From: Octopus sinensis | Lineage: Eukaryota | DNA length: 64,000 bases | Assembly (NCBI RefSeq): GCF_006345805.1 | Contig: NC_043013.1 | Coordinates: 42,346,001 to 42,410,000, forward strand | Reading direction: 5' to 3' | Shown: in pieces, positions 24,208 to 38,003 of the stretch | How the letters are laid out: every line of letters starts with the position of its first letter | How positions within the stretch are numbered: position 1 is the stretch's first letter | Program-made: the position numbers and the translations under genes | Notes under the pieces: generated by a model | Databases searched by the model: none | What the model was told of the DNA's origin: nothing | The model's input: the letters and a program-made list of their open reading frames with translations, nothing else

Positions 24208-27200
24208 TACTCTTAACGTAATTCTCCGGCTGAATTCAGTGCAACACAGCAAGTGACAAGACTCACTTTCTAGTTACCTGTAGAATTCATTCGACACGTA
24301 GATTTACCTGAAGTTATGAGAAAAAGTGACATTTTTTTTTTTTTTTACCTAAAGTGCTAACCTCTTAAACCTCTTAAACATTCGACCATACTGTGACTCC
24401 AGGATATATACACTTCACTCTGAGTCAGCGTTGGATTAACCATTAAGCAAAATGGTAAATAGTTTACGGCACAAAAGAAATCGTGCGTGCGTGGCACTCC
24501 GTCGGTTACGACGACGAGGGTTCCATTTGATCCGATCAACGAAACAGCCCGCTCGTGAAATTAACGTGCAAGTGGCTGAGCATTCCACAGACGTGTGTAC
24601 CTTTAACGTAGTTCACGGGGAGATTCAGCGTGACAAGGCTGGTCCTTTGAAATACAGGTACAACAGAAACAGGAAGAAAGAGTGAGAGAAGGTTGTGGTG
24701 AAAGAGTACAGCAGGGTTCGCCACAACCCCTTGCCGGAGCCTCGTGGAGCTTTAAGTGTTTTCGCTCAAAAAAATACTCACAACACCCGGGAATCGAAAC
24801 TGCGATCATACGACCGCGAGTCCGCTGCCCTAACCACTGGCCCATTGCGCCTCCACACAAAAGATATCACTTCAAACTTGTTAAAATAATATTCGGAATG
24901 CTTATCTCTTTTAAGTACAGAAACAAACGTATTATGTAAGATTAATTTTGAAGATATGATCAAAGACTGTAATTAAAAAAATAGAGAACTTCTTCATATA
25001 TTAATAAAGTGGAAATATACAAAGATATACACTACTTTCCTTCTTACTGTTAGTTTTGTTTCATTTTGAAAACTAAAAAAAATTTAATAGTTTCTTTTTG
25101 TTTCTATTATTTGTATCTGGGGCCACCAAAATCTCTTAAGTGCTTAAATGGGTCTTAATCCGGGCTCTACTCCATATACATTGAACCAATGCATGTATCG
25201 ATCTATAATTTACTAGTTAATCGGTTTATAGGTCTTTAGTTAATACTAATCGACAGATGCTCGCTAAACGGATCCTTTCTGCAACTCTGCATTCGAACCA
25301 TGCAGCTGCAATGTTAGCATCGAGTGATCTCTATGTAACATCTGCGGCCATTTCCTGGTCTGACAAAGTGAAAAGCAACGGGATTCTTGTTCAGGGATAG
25401 CCTCTATTTGATTGCTTGACATGTTAGAAATACCTGTTTCTTTACTACCCACAAGGTGCTAAACACAGAGAGGACAAACAAGGACAGACAAACGGATTAA
25501 GTCGATTATATCGACCCCAATGCGTAACTGGTACTTAATTTATCGACCCCGAAAGGCAAAGTCGACCTCGGCAGAATTTGAACTCAGAACGTAACGGCGG
25601 ACGAAATACGGCTACGTATTTCGCCCGGCGTGCTAACGTTTCTGCCAGCTCACCGCAGTTCGAAATATCAGCCAAATCTCCCACAAATTACATCCTACCT
25701 AGAACACCACCATCACTGCACAGAATACAAAGCTTCTTGAAGTGAAGACCAGATGGGTTGAATGTACAATGCGTATGAAGGAGTCGAAAATACCAAAGAA
25801 AATCTTACTCTCTTTTACTTTTTTACTCTTTTACTTGTTTCAGTCATTTGACTGTGGCCATGCTGGAGCACCGCCTTTAGTCGAGCAAATCAACCCCAGG
25901 ACTTATTCTTTGTAAGCCTAGTACTTATTCTATCGGTCTCTTTTGCCGAACCGCTAAGTTACGGGGACATAAACACACCAGCATCGGTTGTCAAGCGATG
26001 TTGGGAGAACAATTACAGACACAAAAACACATACACACACACACACACACACGCACGCACGCACACACACACACATATATATATATATATACATATATAC
26101 GACGGGCTTCTTTCAGTATCTGTCTACCAAATCCACTCACAAGGCTTTGGTCAGCCCGAGGCTATAGTAGAAGACACTTGCCCAAGTTGCCACGCAATGG
26201 GACTGAACCCAGAACCATGTGGTTCGTAAGCAAGCTACTTACCACACAGCCACTCCTACACCTACTCCTTCCACAGCCTCTCCTTCCTCTCACAGAGGAA
26301 AATTTAGAATGCTTGTCTGATGCCTGTCGCTTGAAAAGAACAAATTTATAGAAAACCTGAAAATATTTACGAACAAGAAATCAGTTTTTTAAAAGACAAA
26401 CATCCAACAAATTGTGAAATCTGGAGACGTTAATATTTTACTGGAGTTTACGGAGTTTGAGAAAGAAAAACGGCCAGAAACCTATTGATAAGTGGATTAA
26501 CACTACCTTGAGACAAGGTTCAATCTCATCTGGATCTTTACATACGTAGGTGTGCTTCTTGTGACTTCCGAACAATATCCAGGTTTAGAGACCATGCCTT
26601 GTGGACCATAGTATCGATAGAGCGCATTTTTGACTTACTAAACTACACAATGAAGGAGGCTTTAGGTTCAAGGTGTTAGAAAAGCGACCAGATCTCTCTA
26701 AAAATATACCCAACCTATTTCTTTATTACCCACAAGGGGCTAAACACAGAGGGGACAAACAAGGACAGACATAGGTATTAAGTCGATTACATCGACCCCA
26801 GTGCGTAACTGGTACTTAATTTATCGACCCCGAAAGGATGAAAGGCAAAGTCGACCTCGGCGGAATTTGAACTCACAACGTAACGCAGACGAAATACCGC
26901 TAAGCATTGGATAATATTGTTTTTTTTTATACACAAACACCCGAAGCAAAAATGGTTTAGAGAATCATTAACGGAACAGGTTTGGTCATGGGCCAACTCA
27001 GTGGTGGGGGTGGTGGGGGCGTGCATACACGCCTCCCACTCTCTCTCTCTTTCTCTTTCTCCATCCAGTCATCAGGCAAGCTAGCTACATACATGATTTT
27101 TTTTTATTGCCCACAAGGGACCGATATAGAGATACAAACACACACGCGGGGACAATTAACACATGAAAAATGAATAAAATGAAAATATTACAATGAAGGT

Positions 27201-27397
27201 GAAACGGTCACCCCGGCCCCACTCCGGAATGATTACGTGATTTCAGTTATTTCAAACAAAGCGTCTTTAACAGTTCTTTAAAATAATCTCAACTTAACCA
27301 TTTTATGTCACTTTTTCTGTCATCATAATTCACCACTGGGGCGCTGGGTTCAATACTCACTTCGGGCCCCATACACACATACACAAACACACGCACG

Positions 27398-27437
<40 letters not shown>

Positions 27438-27668
27438 ACACACACACACACGGGTCTACTGAGTCAGGACAGGCCTGGGGCATAGACACGAGAACAGAGG
27501 ATACAAGGGGTGCAAGCGCATCCCCTGAAACTTTTTGGGTGGGTGGGATCGCCAAGACGAACGAGTGTAGAAACATTTTTGGACTGATATGAAACACTAT
27601 TTTTCCAATATTAGATTTATCTGATTTGATTGCTATATAATAACAATAATAATAACAATAATAATAAC

Positions 27669-27728
<60 letters not shown>

Positions 27729-27729
<1 letters not shown>

Positions 27730-27996
27730 GGGTGTTTCGTTCAACATCCTTAAACAACCCTTATTCAGGGACCTTTTGAGCGGGATGGGTTACTCGATCT
27801 GAAGAAAATTTTAACTGGGCTCCACCTGCAAGGTCATGTGCTGTTTATCTTGATATGAGATCACCATGTCGCGCACATATGATTGTGATGCATGTGCCTG
27901 GTGTACCCTTATCAGACGGGTAGTCATGATGGGTATACTGGGCTTCGTATATTTTACCCCAGTGTCACTTCGATGGCATGCTCTGCTCGCTCACTC

Positions 27997-28057
<61 letters not shown>

Positions 28058-28573
28058 TCATGTACATTGTTTTGCAGTGTTATCATGTACATTGTTTTGT
28101 CTTGGTATAAAAGATGGGCTACAGCAAATATTCTGCTCAATACCATAGATTTGCTTGTCAGTTGTTTGATCTTAACCAGCTGAGCATGTCCCTTAGTGGC
28201 TGGCGATGTGTGCATCTCTGATCACGAGCAGAAGTAGTGGGGGAGCATCATAGCCATGTGTTGAGAGGGATTCTTTGGGGTTTGAATAATTCACCTCTGG
28301 AAACATGGGTGGTTCTTTCAACATCCTTAAACAACCCTTATTCAGGGACATTTTGAGCGGGATGGGCTACTCAACCTGAAGAAAATTCTAACTGGGCCCC
28401 ACCTGCAAGGTCATGTGCTGTTTATCTTGATATGAAATCACCATGTCGCGCACATATGGTTGTGATGCAAGTGCCTGGTGTACCCTTATCAGACGGGTAG
28501 TCATGATGGGTATATTGGGCTTCGTATATTTTACCCCAGTATTACTTTGATGGCATGCACTGCTCTCTCATTC

Positions 28574-28575
<2 letters not shown>
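27729..28575 (+). mobile_element. two 5'-truncated retroelement 3' ends in (AAT)n
   Basis: 27735-27997 matches 28313-28574. Each copy ends in (AAT)n and begins next to (AAT)n. Confidence 0.7.
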
Positions 28576-28624
<49 letters not shown>

Positions 28625-29197
28625 CCTTTCTACTATAGGCGCAAGGCCTGAAATTTTAGTGGGTGTGGTTAGTCGATTAGATGGACCGCAGTGCTCCACT
28701 TGTACTTATTCTATTGACCCCGAAAGGATAAAAGGTAAACTCGACTGCGGCGGCATTTGAAATCCGAACGTAAGGCCGGACGAAATGCCGCTTAGCATTA
28801 TTGCCAGGCGTGCTAACGATTCCACCAGTTCGCCATTCTTTATTTCATTTGATATTGAGATTGAAAAATTCGGTTTACTCTCTATTACTTGTTTCAGTCA
28901 TTTGACTGCGGCCATGCTGGAGCACCGCCTTTTAGTCGAGCAAATCAACCCACCCCAGGTCTTATTCTTTGTAAGCCTAGTACTTATTCTATCGGTCTCT
29001 TTTGCCGAACCGCTAAGTAACGGGGACGTAAACATACCAGCAACGGTTGTCAAGCGATGTGGGAGGACAAACACAGACACACAAACACACACACACATAT
29101 ATATACATATATATATATATGATATATATATTATATATATATATATATAATATATATATATAGATTATATATATATATATATATACATACATATAAT

Positions 29198-29268
<71 letters not shown>

Positions 29269-29797
29269 TACGACAGGCTTCTTTCAGTTTCTGTCTACCA
29301 AATCCACTCACAAGGCTTTGGTCGGCCCGAGGCTATAGTAGTAGACACTTCCCCAAGGTGCCACGCAGTGGGACTGAACCTGGAACAGTGTGGTTGGTAA
29401 GCAGGTTACTTACCACACAGCCACTCCTGCGCATATTTGTAAAAAAAGATTTTTTAAATTGGCGCTGGGTCCGCACCCTCTAAAAAAATTTCGTTCCTGG
29501 ACTTATGACCTGGGACTAAACAACAAACAGCAACATCAACAATATACAGCATTCTTGTTTATGATACGGCCACGCCACAAGCAACGAACTAAGCATAGAC
29601 ATGAATGTACAGACGCAAACCAGCTCACTCTGCAAGAAAAGGAAAACAAAAGAACAGCTCCTTATCAGTTGAAAGTGTAGAATTTTATTTGTTGCTCAGC
29701 AAAAGCAGATTCCACAAAAATTTCCTCTTGCCGTAGTAAGCAAATAATAATAATAATAATAATAACAACAACAAAAACTACAATAATAATAACGATA

Positions 29798-29848
<51 letters not shown>

Positions 29849-30120
29849 TGAGTAATAAGGTTGAAACGAAAACCAACAGTAAACAACACTTCCATCTCAA
29901 ATTCAGCTAACCAAGGTCACACTACTAAATGATATACACAGATACATGTATACATACATACGTAGATGCATACATACATATGTACGTACGTACATACATA
30001 CTACATACATGATACAAACATACATACACATACATACAAACATACACACACATACATGCAAAACCATGCATGCATAGGTATACAAGTGAAAAAGTACTAG
30101 ATAGGAGTGTGTGTATATAT

Positions 30121-30195
<75 letters not shown>

Positions 30196-30486
30196 GTATG
30201 TATATATATATATATATACATGTGTCTATGTATGTTGAATGTATATACGTATATTATTATTTATCAGTATGACCTTGGTTTGCGTGAATTATATATATAT
30301 ATATTTACATACATTGTATATAAGAAAAAGGGACAGGCAAACACGTTGCTTGACCGCATACCGAAAAAATAGAAATAGCAGTCAAGAATGCTTATTTCTA
30401 TCAAAGTTGGACTCCGGCATGACAACCCTGTAATTCACATATGCAAACAGAAGGAATAGATAACGAAAACGAAGTCTGATGGTTAT

Positions 30487-30596
30487 CTGTGAACATCATG
30501 TTTCTGGATTATAAACATATTGAATATATATTCCATATTATTTTTGATATATATTTCATATACATTCATTATATTTCACATCCTTCTTCAGCACAG
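30487..30596 (-). ncRNA. type I hammerhead ribozyme with extended helix II
   Basis: CTGTG-CTGAAGA-A-GGAT...(~70 nt AT-rich)...ATCC-A-GAAA-CATGATG-TT-CACAG. Perfect 5-bp helix I and a GUU triplet. Confidence 0.7.
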
Positions 30597-31116
30597 CTTT
30601 CCATTGAAAAAGATTTATATCTAGATAAAAAATGCGACGTACCTCAACCTTCTGACCATGCGACATCAAAAATATTTGAAGAAAGTGAGCAAAAGTAAAC
30701 CTACATAGACTTTTGAATTCGTAATCTTCCCTCCAAAATTTTGCCATGCGCACTACAAAAATAGTTCCATAAGATGGGGAACCATTAGGTTGTCATAAGG
30801 GAGTGAAAAATCCATAGTAATTAATAATAAGAGTAATATTTCTATAAAGGCTTTTAAAAAAACCCCATTATTTACTGGTAGAATTCGGTATGTAAATATA
30901 GCCGATTAACCGGCAGGAACTTCTGTAAAGTTCAGTATATATATTGTATATAAGAAAAAGGGACAGGCAAACAGGTTGCTTGACCGCATACCGAAAAAAT
31001 AGAAATAGCAGTCAAGAATGCTTATTCTATCAAAGTTGGACTCCGGGCATGACAACCCTGTAATTCACATATGCAAACAGAAGGAATAGATAACGAAAAC
31101 GAAGTCTGATGGTTAT

Positions 31117-31226
31117 CTGTGAACTCATGTTTCTGGATTATAAACAATTGAATATATATTCCATATATATTTTTGATATATATTTCATATACTTGCATAT
31201 ATATTTCACATCCTTCTTCAGCACAG
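31117..31226 (-). ncRNA. type I hammerhead ribozyme, second copy
   Basis: Same motif as 30487-30596, with a 1-nt deletion in helix III (CATGAG). Confidence 0.6.
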
Positions 31227-31319
31227 CTTTCCATACACACATATATACTATACATATGTATATACATAAATATATATGTGTTATAGAAGTTCATATCTAT
31301 AAGATCAAAATGTAGTCTC

Positions 31320-31398
<79 letters not shown>

Positions 31399-31839
31399 AT
31401 TATATATATATATATTATATATATATAATATATATATATACATATATATATATGCAATTCAACATGCGCAAGCTTTAATACAGGCACGTTTATTTTCTTT
31501 CTCCGTTTTTTCTCTTCTCCTCATCTGTTTTCTTTCTTCATTCCTTTCTGTTGATGATATAGGTTCGAAACGTCAAAAAGATTCTTCCATTTTCCCTGAG
31601 CGTGAAACTAATACATCTTGTTTGTTCTTACTCACCTGTCTCTGTCTTTTTTTTTATATTTTTCGCACAATTTTGAACCATATATATATTAAGACAGTGC
31701 ATTTTGGGCTTTTGAGTTATTTTAACTCTAACTATTTAGCAAAAGCGGTGCTAGCCAGTACCCTCTGTCACTTTGGTGACCTCTATTAATTTTGATTTAG
31801 TTTCTAATTGCTAACAAACCACACTTTTAACTTGTTTTG

Positions 31840-31892
<53 letters not shown>

Positions 31893-31901
31893 ATATAATA
31901 T

Positions 31902-32294
31902 AAAATGAGGGGGTCTAGAAGACACCCACATGCCGAAATAGCAGTCGAAACTCTGACTATAAAACCACGTTAAATGTTCATATCGCACCATGAGGTAAAG
32001 CGGAGGGGCAAAACATACAAGCAAAAATTATTGAATAATTCAAGATCCAAGGATTTCTGGTTCTGCTTTAGATAAGCTTTACCGTCATCAATTGATATAT
32101 TCAATTGATGACGGTAAAGCTTATCTAAAGCAGAACCAGAAATCCTTGGATCTTGAATTATTCAATAATTTTTGCTTGTATGTTTTGCCCCTCCGCTTTA
32201 CCTCATGGTGCGATATGAACATTTAACGTGGTTTTATAGTCAGAGTTTCGACTGCTATTTCGGCATGTTGGTGTCTTCTAGACACCCTCATTTT
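31902..32294. repeat. long palindrome: 194-bp arms, 5-bp spacer
   Basis: 31902-32095 is the reverse complement of 32101-32294; I see two mismatches. Confidence 0.95.
32099..32158 (+). ncRNA. type I hammerhead ribozyme variant (mirror copy 32038-32095 on minus strand)
   Basis: ATTCAA-TTGATGA-C-GGT(aaaGCTTatctaAAGCaga)ACC-A-GAAA-TCCTTGGA-TC-TTGAAT. 6-bp helix I, C3>U. Confidence 0.7.
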
Positions 32295-32384
32295 TAATTG
32301 TTAAAAATTTTTTTACCTTTGTAAGGTATTTCTTTCATGCTGGCCACTTGATAATTTCGACACTTAAATATCGATATTATCCTC

Positions 32385-32424
<40 letters not shown>

Positions 32425-32694
32425 TATATATATATAAATTAGAGACAAAACCACTATTAGGCAACTCAAGCAGTCATAGACATAAACCAAAACATAAAAA
32501 ATAAATATATTATTATATATAATATATAATAAATATAAAATTAAAAATTTAATTATTATGATTTTTAAAATTTTTAATTTTTATATTTTAAATTTTTAAA
32601 TGTATTATAAATAGATAGATAGATGTAGATAGATAGATAGATAGATAGATTAGATAGATAGATAGATGATAGAGAGATAGATAAATAGAGAGAT

Positions 32695-32730
<36 letters not shown>

Positions 32731-32735
32731 TAAAG

Positions 32736-32772
<37 letters not shown>

Positions 32773-32783
32773 TAGATAGATAG

Positions 32784-32848
<65 letters not shown>

Positions 32849-34519
32849 TATAGATAGAGATATATAGATATATAGATATATATATAAGAAAATAGAGATA
32901 AATCAATTAATAATTATTTATCTATTACAAAAATAGACATAATCTCTGACAGCTGTTTCGATTCAAACTTTAAAAATTAATTAGAATAATTCAAACATAA
33001 AGTTGAATATCCACATATATCAGCGTGCAAATATATGTGATTCGTGCCTTAGGGGATTTCTAATATGCCCATTTATTTTTCTATTCTTTATTATTTTATT
33101 ATATATTTTTGATGTATTTTTATTATATCTCTATACATATGAATGCTGTATTGTAGTTATATTATCCATACATTCAAAAATATATATACTTTTACCTATT
33201 ATATTACCCTTTCCATATTTATTTTGTATAACTAACCACATGGTTCCGGGTTCAGGCCCACTGCGTGGCATCTTGGGCAAGTGTCTTCTGCTATAGCCCC
33301 GGGCCGACCAATGCCTTGTGAGTGGATTTGGTAGACGGAAACTGAAAGAAGCCTGTCGTATATATGTATATATGTATATGTGTGTGTGTTTGCGTGTCTG
33401 TGTTTGTCCCCCTAGCATTGCATGACAACCGATGCTGGTGTGTTTACGTCCCCGTCACCTAGCGGTTCGGCAAAAAGAGACCGATAGAATAAGTACTGGG
33501 CTTACAAAGAATAAGTCCGGTTCGAGTTGCTCGACTAAAGGCGGTGCTCCAGCATGGCCGCAGTCAATGACTGAAACAAGTAAAGAGTAAAGAGTAAAGA
33601 GTATATATTTAGCACCTTATTACTTAATTTTCATAAGACTAAAGGCGGTGCTCCAGCATGGCCATAGTTAAATGACTGAAACAAGTAAAAGAAAGAGGGC
33701 ATACAGTGTACAGAATAATAAGGAAAGAATGCATACTTTTCTATATTAGGAAGCACTCCGTCGGTTACGACGATGAGGGTTCCGGTTGATCCGAATCAAC
33801 GGAACAGCCTGCTCGTGAAATTAACGTGTAAGTGGCTGAGCACTCCACAGACACGTGCACCCTTAACGTAGTTCTCGGGGATATTCAGCGTGACACAGAG
33901 AGTGACAAGGCCGGCCCCTTGAAATTCAGGTACAACGGAAACAGGAAGTAAGAGTGAGAGAAAGTTGTGGTGAAAGAGTACAGCAGCGATCACCACCATC
34001 CCCTGCCGGAGCCTCGTGGAGCTTTTAGGTGTTTTCACTCAATAAACACTCACAACGCCCAGTCTGGGAATCGAAACCGCGATCCTATGACCGCGAGTCC
34101 GCTGCCCTAACCACTGGGCCATGCGCCTCCACTTTTCTATATATATATATGAACAAGGACTCCCATCTTAAATTCCAGAAGATTTCGTTATGATGATAGT
34201 GATGGTGATTGATAAGTCCTGAAACTTATCTCATTGCTTTGCTCCCATCAGGTCTCAGCTGAAGGGGAAACAGAAGCAAAAAAAAAAAAAAAATAGCAGC
34301 AGCAGCAGCAACTGCAACGGCAAACAACACCACCGACATCAGCCGGGATGCCTCTACATGACTACTCGACATGCAAGAAATAACAGCTACATCCCACACA
34401 GTTACATTAGAAAGAACGAACATATTGAATAAAGTAGTAATCCACATTGCGTCCGAAAAAGTACAGAAAGGTCATGGTTGGAACGTGTTTAATCCATAAC
34501 AGCAACAACTGAAGCTGCC

Positions 34520-35030
34520 TGCGTGGCTGATCGACCTGCTAGAAATAAGAGACAAATCTACCTCAAATCTCACATAGATGCACTCTGCCAGAATAAAGGC
34601 GGACTGGTCACGATCGGTACGTCTTTGATCAACAGTAACAACATTAATAGAAGAGGATCTTCATGGTCGCTCGACCTACTAAAAATAGCAACCAAATCTC
34701 CCTCAAATCTCATGCAGTTGTTGCTGTCCTTCGAAAGAACAGGCACATCGAATAGTCTAAGATATACATTGTCAGAAAAAAAGCCTGAATGGTCACAACT
34801 GGAATGTGTTTAGCCAACAACGGTCACAACAGAGGGAGCCTCTACATAGCCGTAAGCCTGCTAGAAATAGTAACCAAATATCTCTCAAATGCCACACAAC
34901 TAACTATCTTAGAAACAAGAGACACATGGAACGAATTAGTCCAAAGTATACTTCAAGGTCGGAACAAAAAGTGACAAATAAATTACGGAATGGCCACAGT
35001 TGGAACGCCATTAATCATATTCTTGCTTTC
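34520..35030 (+). repeat. degenerate ~150-bp tandem repeat (CGACCTGCTAGAAATAGCAACCAAATCTCCCTCAAAT family)
   Basis: The motif recurs at ~34533, 34672 and 34857. Dispersed copies at ~7465, 35770 (inverted), 50480 and 56185. Confidence 0.65.
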
Positions 35031-35333
35031 TAACAGAGCTGGTCTGAGGCTACACTTCAGCAACAACAATAACAGCATTGTTTTCAAACAGGATGTTGAA
35101 GTAAGTAGACATAATTATAAAGGCTTCACTGTCCTTTTGGTCGAGTAGTGGCAGGATGTTGTTGTTTAGCCCATGGTCGGTTCTGAGCGAGTAAGACACT
35201 CGGTTAAAGGCGTTCCGGTCGTGATCAACCTGTCATTTGATTTGATTTGATTTGATTTTTCTTTTCAACCAGTGAAACTGTATCATCCAATGTGTCGTTG
35301 TGTATGTGTATGTATGTGTGCGTGTATGTGTAT

Positions 35334-35374
<41 letters not shown>

Positions 35375-35859
35375 GTGTGTGTGTATACTCAAACACACAT
35401 ATATACCTATACAGATATGTAATGTAATATATATATGTATACACACATACATGCAAACATACATACATACCTACATACATGTGTTGTTTGTATGAGTCGT
35501 GTTCTTTAGAATGTTCTCACAAATCAACTCACACACACACACTAACGCACACACACTCTTAAACGCAGGAAACACAACCCATATATACTCAACATTATAT
35601 ACACCACATATATACACACACATACACACTCATACAGAGAGAAAGAGAAAAGGAGAGAGAGAGAGGGGAGAGAGAAAAAAGGAGAGAAGGAGGAAAGAGA
35701 CGTACACATACAAAAGACCAAAGAGAATCCAGTTAGTTTAAGAGTCTGAGACGGTAGAGAATAGCTAAATGAAGATTTGACTGCAATTTCTAGCAGGTCG
35801 ATCGACTCCTGTAACGGCTCTTAGCGGGATGTGGCAATATCCACGGGTAAAAAAAAAAT

Positions 35860-36740
35860 TGGGGGTAGAAAAAGTTTGAGGGTAGATGTGGGTAGTGTTT
35901 CTGAGTGGAAGAGGTTGGTAGTGTTTGTGAGTAAATGTGGGAGCGTGTGTGGATAGAAATGGGTTGCATGGTTGGGTAGAAGTGGGTAGCATTCATAGGT
36001 AGATGTGGGTAGGGATGCAGGTAGAAGAAGGGGGTAGCGCGTTTGGGTAGAAGAAGGGGGTAGTGCGTTTGGGTAGAATTGGGTAGCGTTCATAGGTAGA
36101 TGTGGGTAAGGATACGGTAGAAGTGGGTAGCGTGTTTGGGTAGAAGTGGGTAGCGTTCATAGGTAGATGTGGGTAGGGATGCAGGTAGAAGAAGGGGGTA
36201 GCGCGTTTGGTAGAAGTGGGTAGCGTTCATAGGTAGATGTGGGTAGGTATGCGAGTAGAAGAAGTGGGTAGCGTGTTTGGGTGGAAGTGGGTAGCGTTCA
36301 TATGTAGATGTGGGTAGGGATGCGGTAGAAGAAGTGGGTAGCGTGTTTGGGTAGAAGTGGGTAGCTTTCATAGGTAGATGTTGGTAGGTATGCGGGTAGA
36401 AGAAGTAGGTAGCGTGTTTGGGTGGAAGTGGTAGCGTTCATAGGTAGATGTGGGTAGGGATGCGAGTAGAAGAAGTGGGTAGCGTTCATAGGTAGATGTG
36501 GATAGGGATGCGAGTAGAAGTGGGTAGCGTATTTGGGTAGAAGTGGGTAGCGTTCATAGGTAGATGTGGGTAGGGATGCGGTAGAAGTGGGTAGCGTTCA
36601 CAGGTAGAAGTGGATAGAGAAGTGGGTAGAAACGGGTAGGGATGTGGGTAGAAGTTGGTAATGTGTTTGGGTGGTGTTCATAGGTAGAAGAAACGGGTAG
36701 GGATGTGGCTTGAAGTGGTTTGTTGGGTGAAGTAGCGTGC
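35860..36740. repeat. G-rich minisatellite (~60-70-bp unit built from GGGTAG submotifs)
   Basis: Repeated GGGTAGCGTTCATAGGTAGATGTGGGTAGGGATGCGGTAGAAG. Confidence 0.92.
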
Positions 36741-37651
36741 TAAAATTCATTTTAGTGGTCGTTGTAAATTTAAATTAAACGACCTCATATCTTTTTTTTT
36801 AGGCGCAAACATGCCTGTGTGGTAAGAAATTTGCTTCTGAACCACGTGATTTCAGGTTCAGTTCTACAATATGGCACTTTAGACGTGTGTCTGTCTGTCT
36901 GTCTGTCAGCCGTAATTTGACAACTGGTGTTGGTTTACTTACGTTCTCTTAAGCTAACCTGTTCGGCAAAAAAAAAAAAACGCGATAGAATAAGTACCAA
37001 ACTTTAAACATTTAAGTATAAGGATCGATGAAAGCGATGCCCTAGCATGGCCGCTATTTGATAACTGAAACAACTAGAAGAAGCAAAAGACGGCAAAAGA
37101 AAAAAACAATAAACGATCTCTTAGAGTACGACTGCGGAATATCTAGGGAGAAATGACAGCCGGTTCGGATCTTGTCTGTTTGGTTGCCAGCGGCTGCCAG
37201 CGTCAATTTTCTGTTCGAATTGATTTCATATTCAGTGTAATGATACACTTTTATAAGCTAATTAATGACGTGAAAGTAATTTTCGCTATAAATCAATAAA
37301 TAAAGAGTTATTAGCCATTAAAGTTTGCAAATTTTGATAATTATAGCCAATCGTAAGCCACAGACCATCGCTTGACAACCGATGGTAGTGTGTTTACATC
37401 CCCCGTAACCTAGCGGTTTGGCAAAAGAGAACGATAGAATAAGTACTAGGTTTACAAAGAATAAGTCCCGGTGGGATCGATTTGTTCGACTAAAGGCGGT
37501 GTTCCAGCATGGCCGCAGTCAAATGACTGAAACAAGTAAAAGAATAAAAAATAAAAGAATCCCGAAATACAAAAATATCTGTTTCATTCACACCAAAAAT
37601 CCTGCAACACGTCAGTGGCCAACATATTAAAATACCTCTTAAGGTGAAAAT

Positions 37652-37955
37652 TATAAACAATTATAAATAAAGGCAAAAGAAAAAAATTTTCTATACCAAT
37701 ATGATGAAAAATAGACTTTAGATCGTCTAACCACATACAATATTGTTCACTGTACATACGAAGCGTGTTGAAACGAGGAAAGCAAGCTAACAGAAAATCT
37801 TTAAATTCCGTCATCTTCAAAAGGATTCTTCCTTCATCAGCGTGGAACACGATAAGAATTTATAGTGAATAGTATTGTATGTGGTTAGACGATTTAAAGT
37901 CTATTTTTCAGCAAATTGGCATAGAAAACTTTTACTTTTGCCTTTATCTATAATT

Positions 37956-37962
<7 letters not shown>
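37652..37962. repeat. imperfect foldback (~110-bp arms)
   Basis: 37652-~37770 is inverted relative to ~37846-37962. Abuts (TA)n. Confidence 0.88.

Positions 37963-38003
<41 letters not shown>

Larger units (their letters stand above)
30313..31234 (-). mobile_element. retrozyme/pLTR-like element: 292-bp direct repeats 630 bp apart, each carrying a hammerhead
   Basis: 30313-30604 matches 30943-31234. Embedded between TA-rich tracts. Confidence 0.75.

Noticed and set aside
32941-33065. Hammerhead on the minus strand (GAAA-CAGCTG-TC)
   Set aside because: The 3' half looks typical but there is no credible CUGANGA (best match CTAAGGC); at most a decayed relic.
35860-36740. CRISPR-like array
   Set aside because: No unique spacers; it is a eukaryotic minisatellite.
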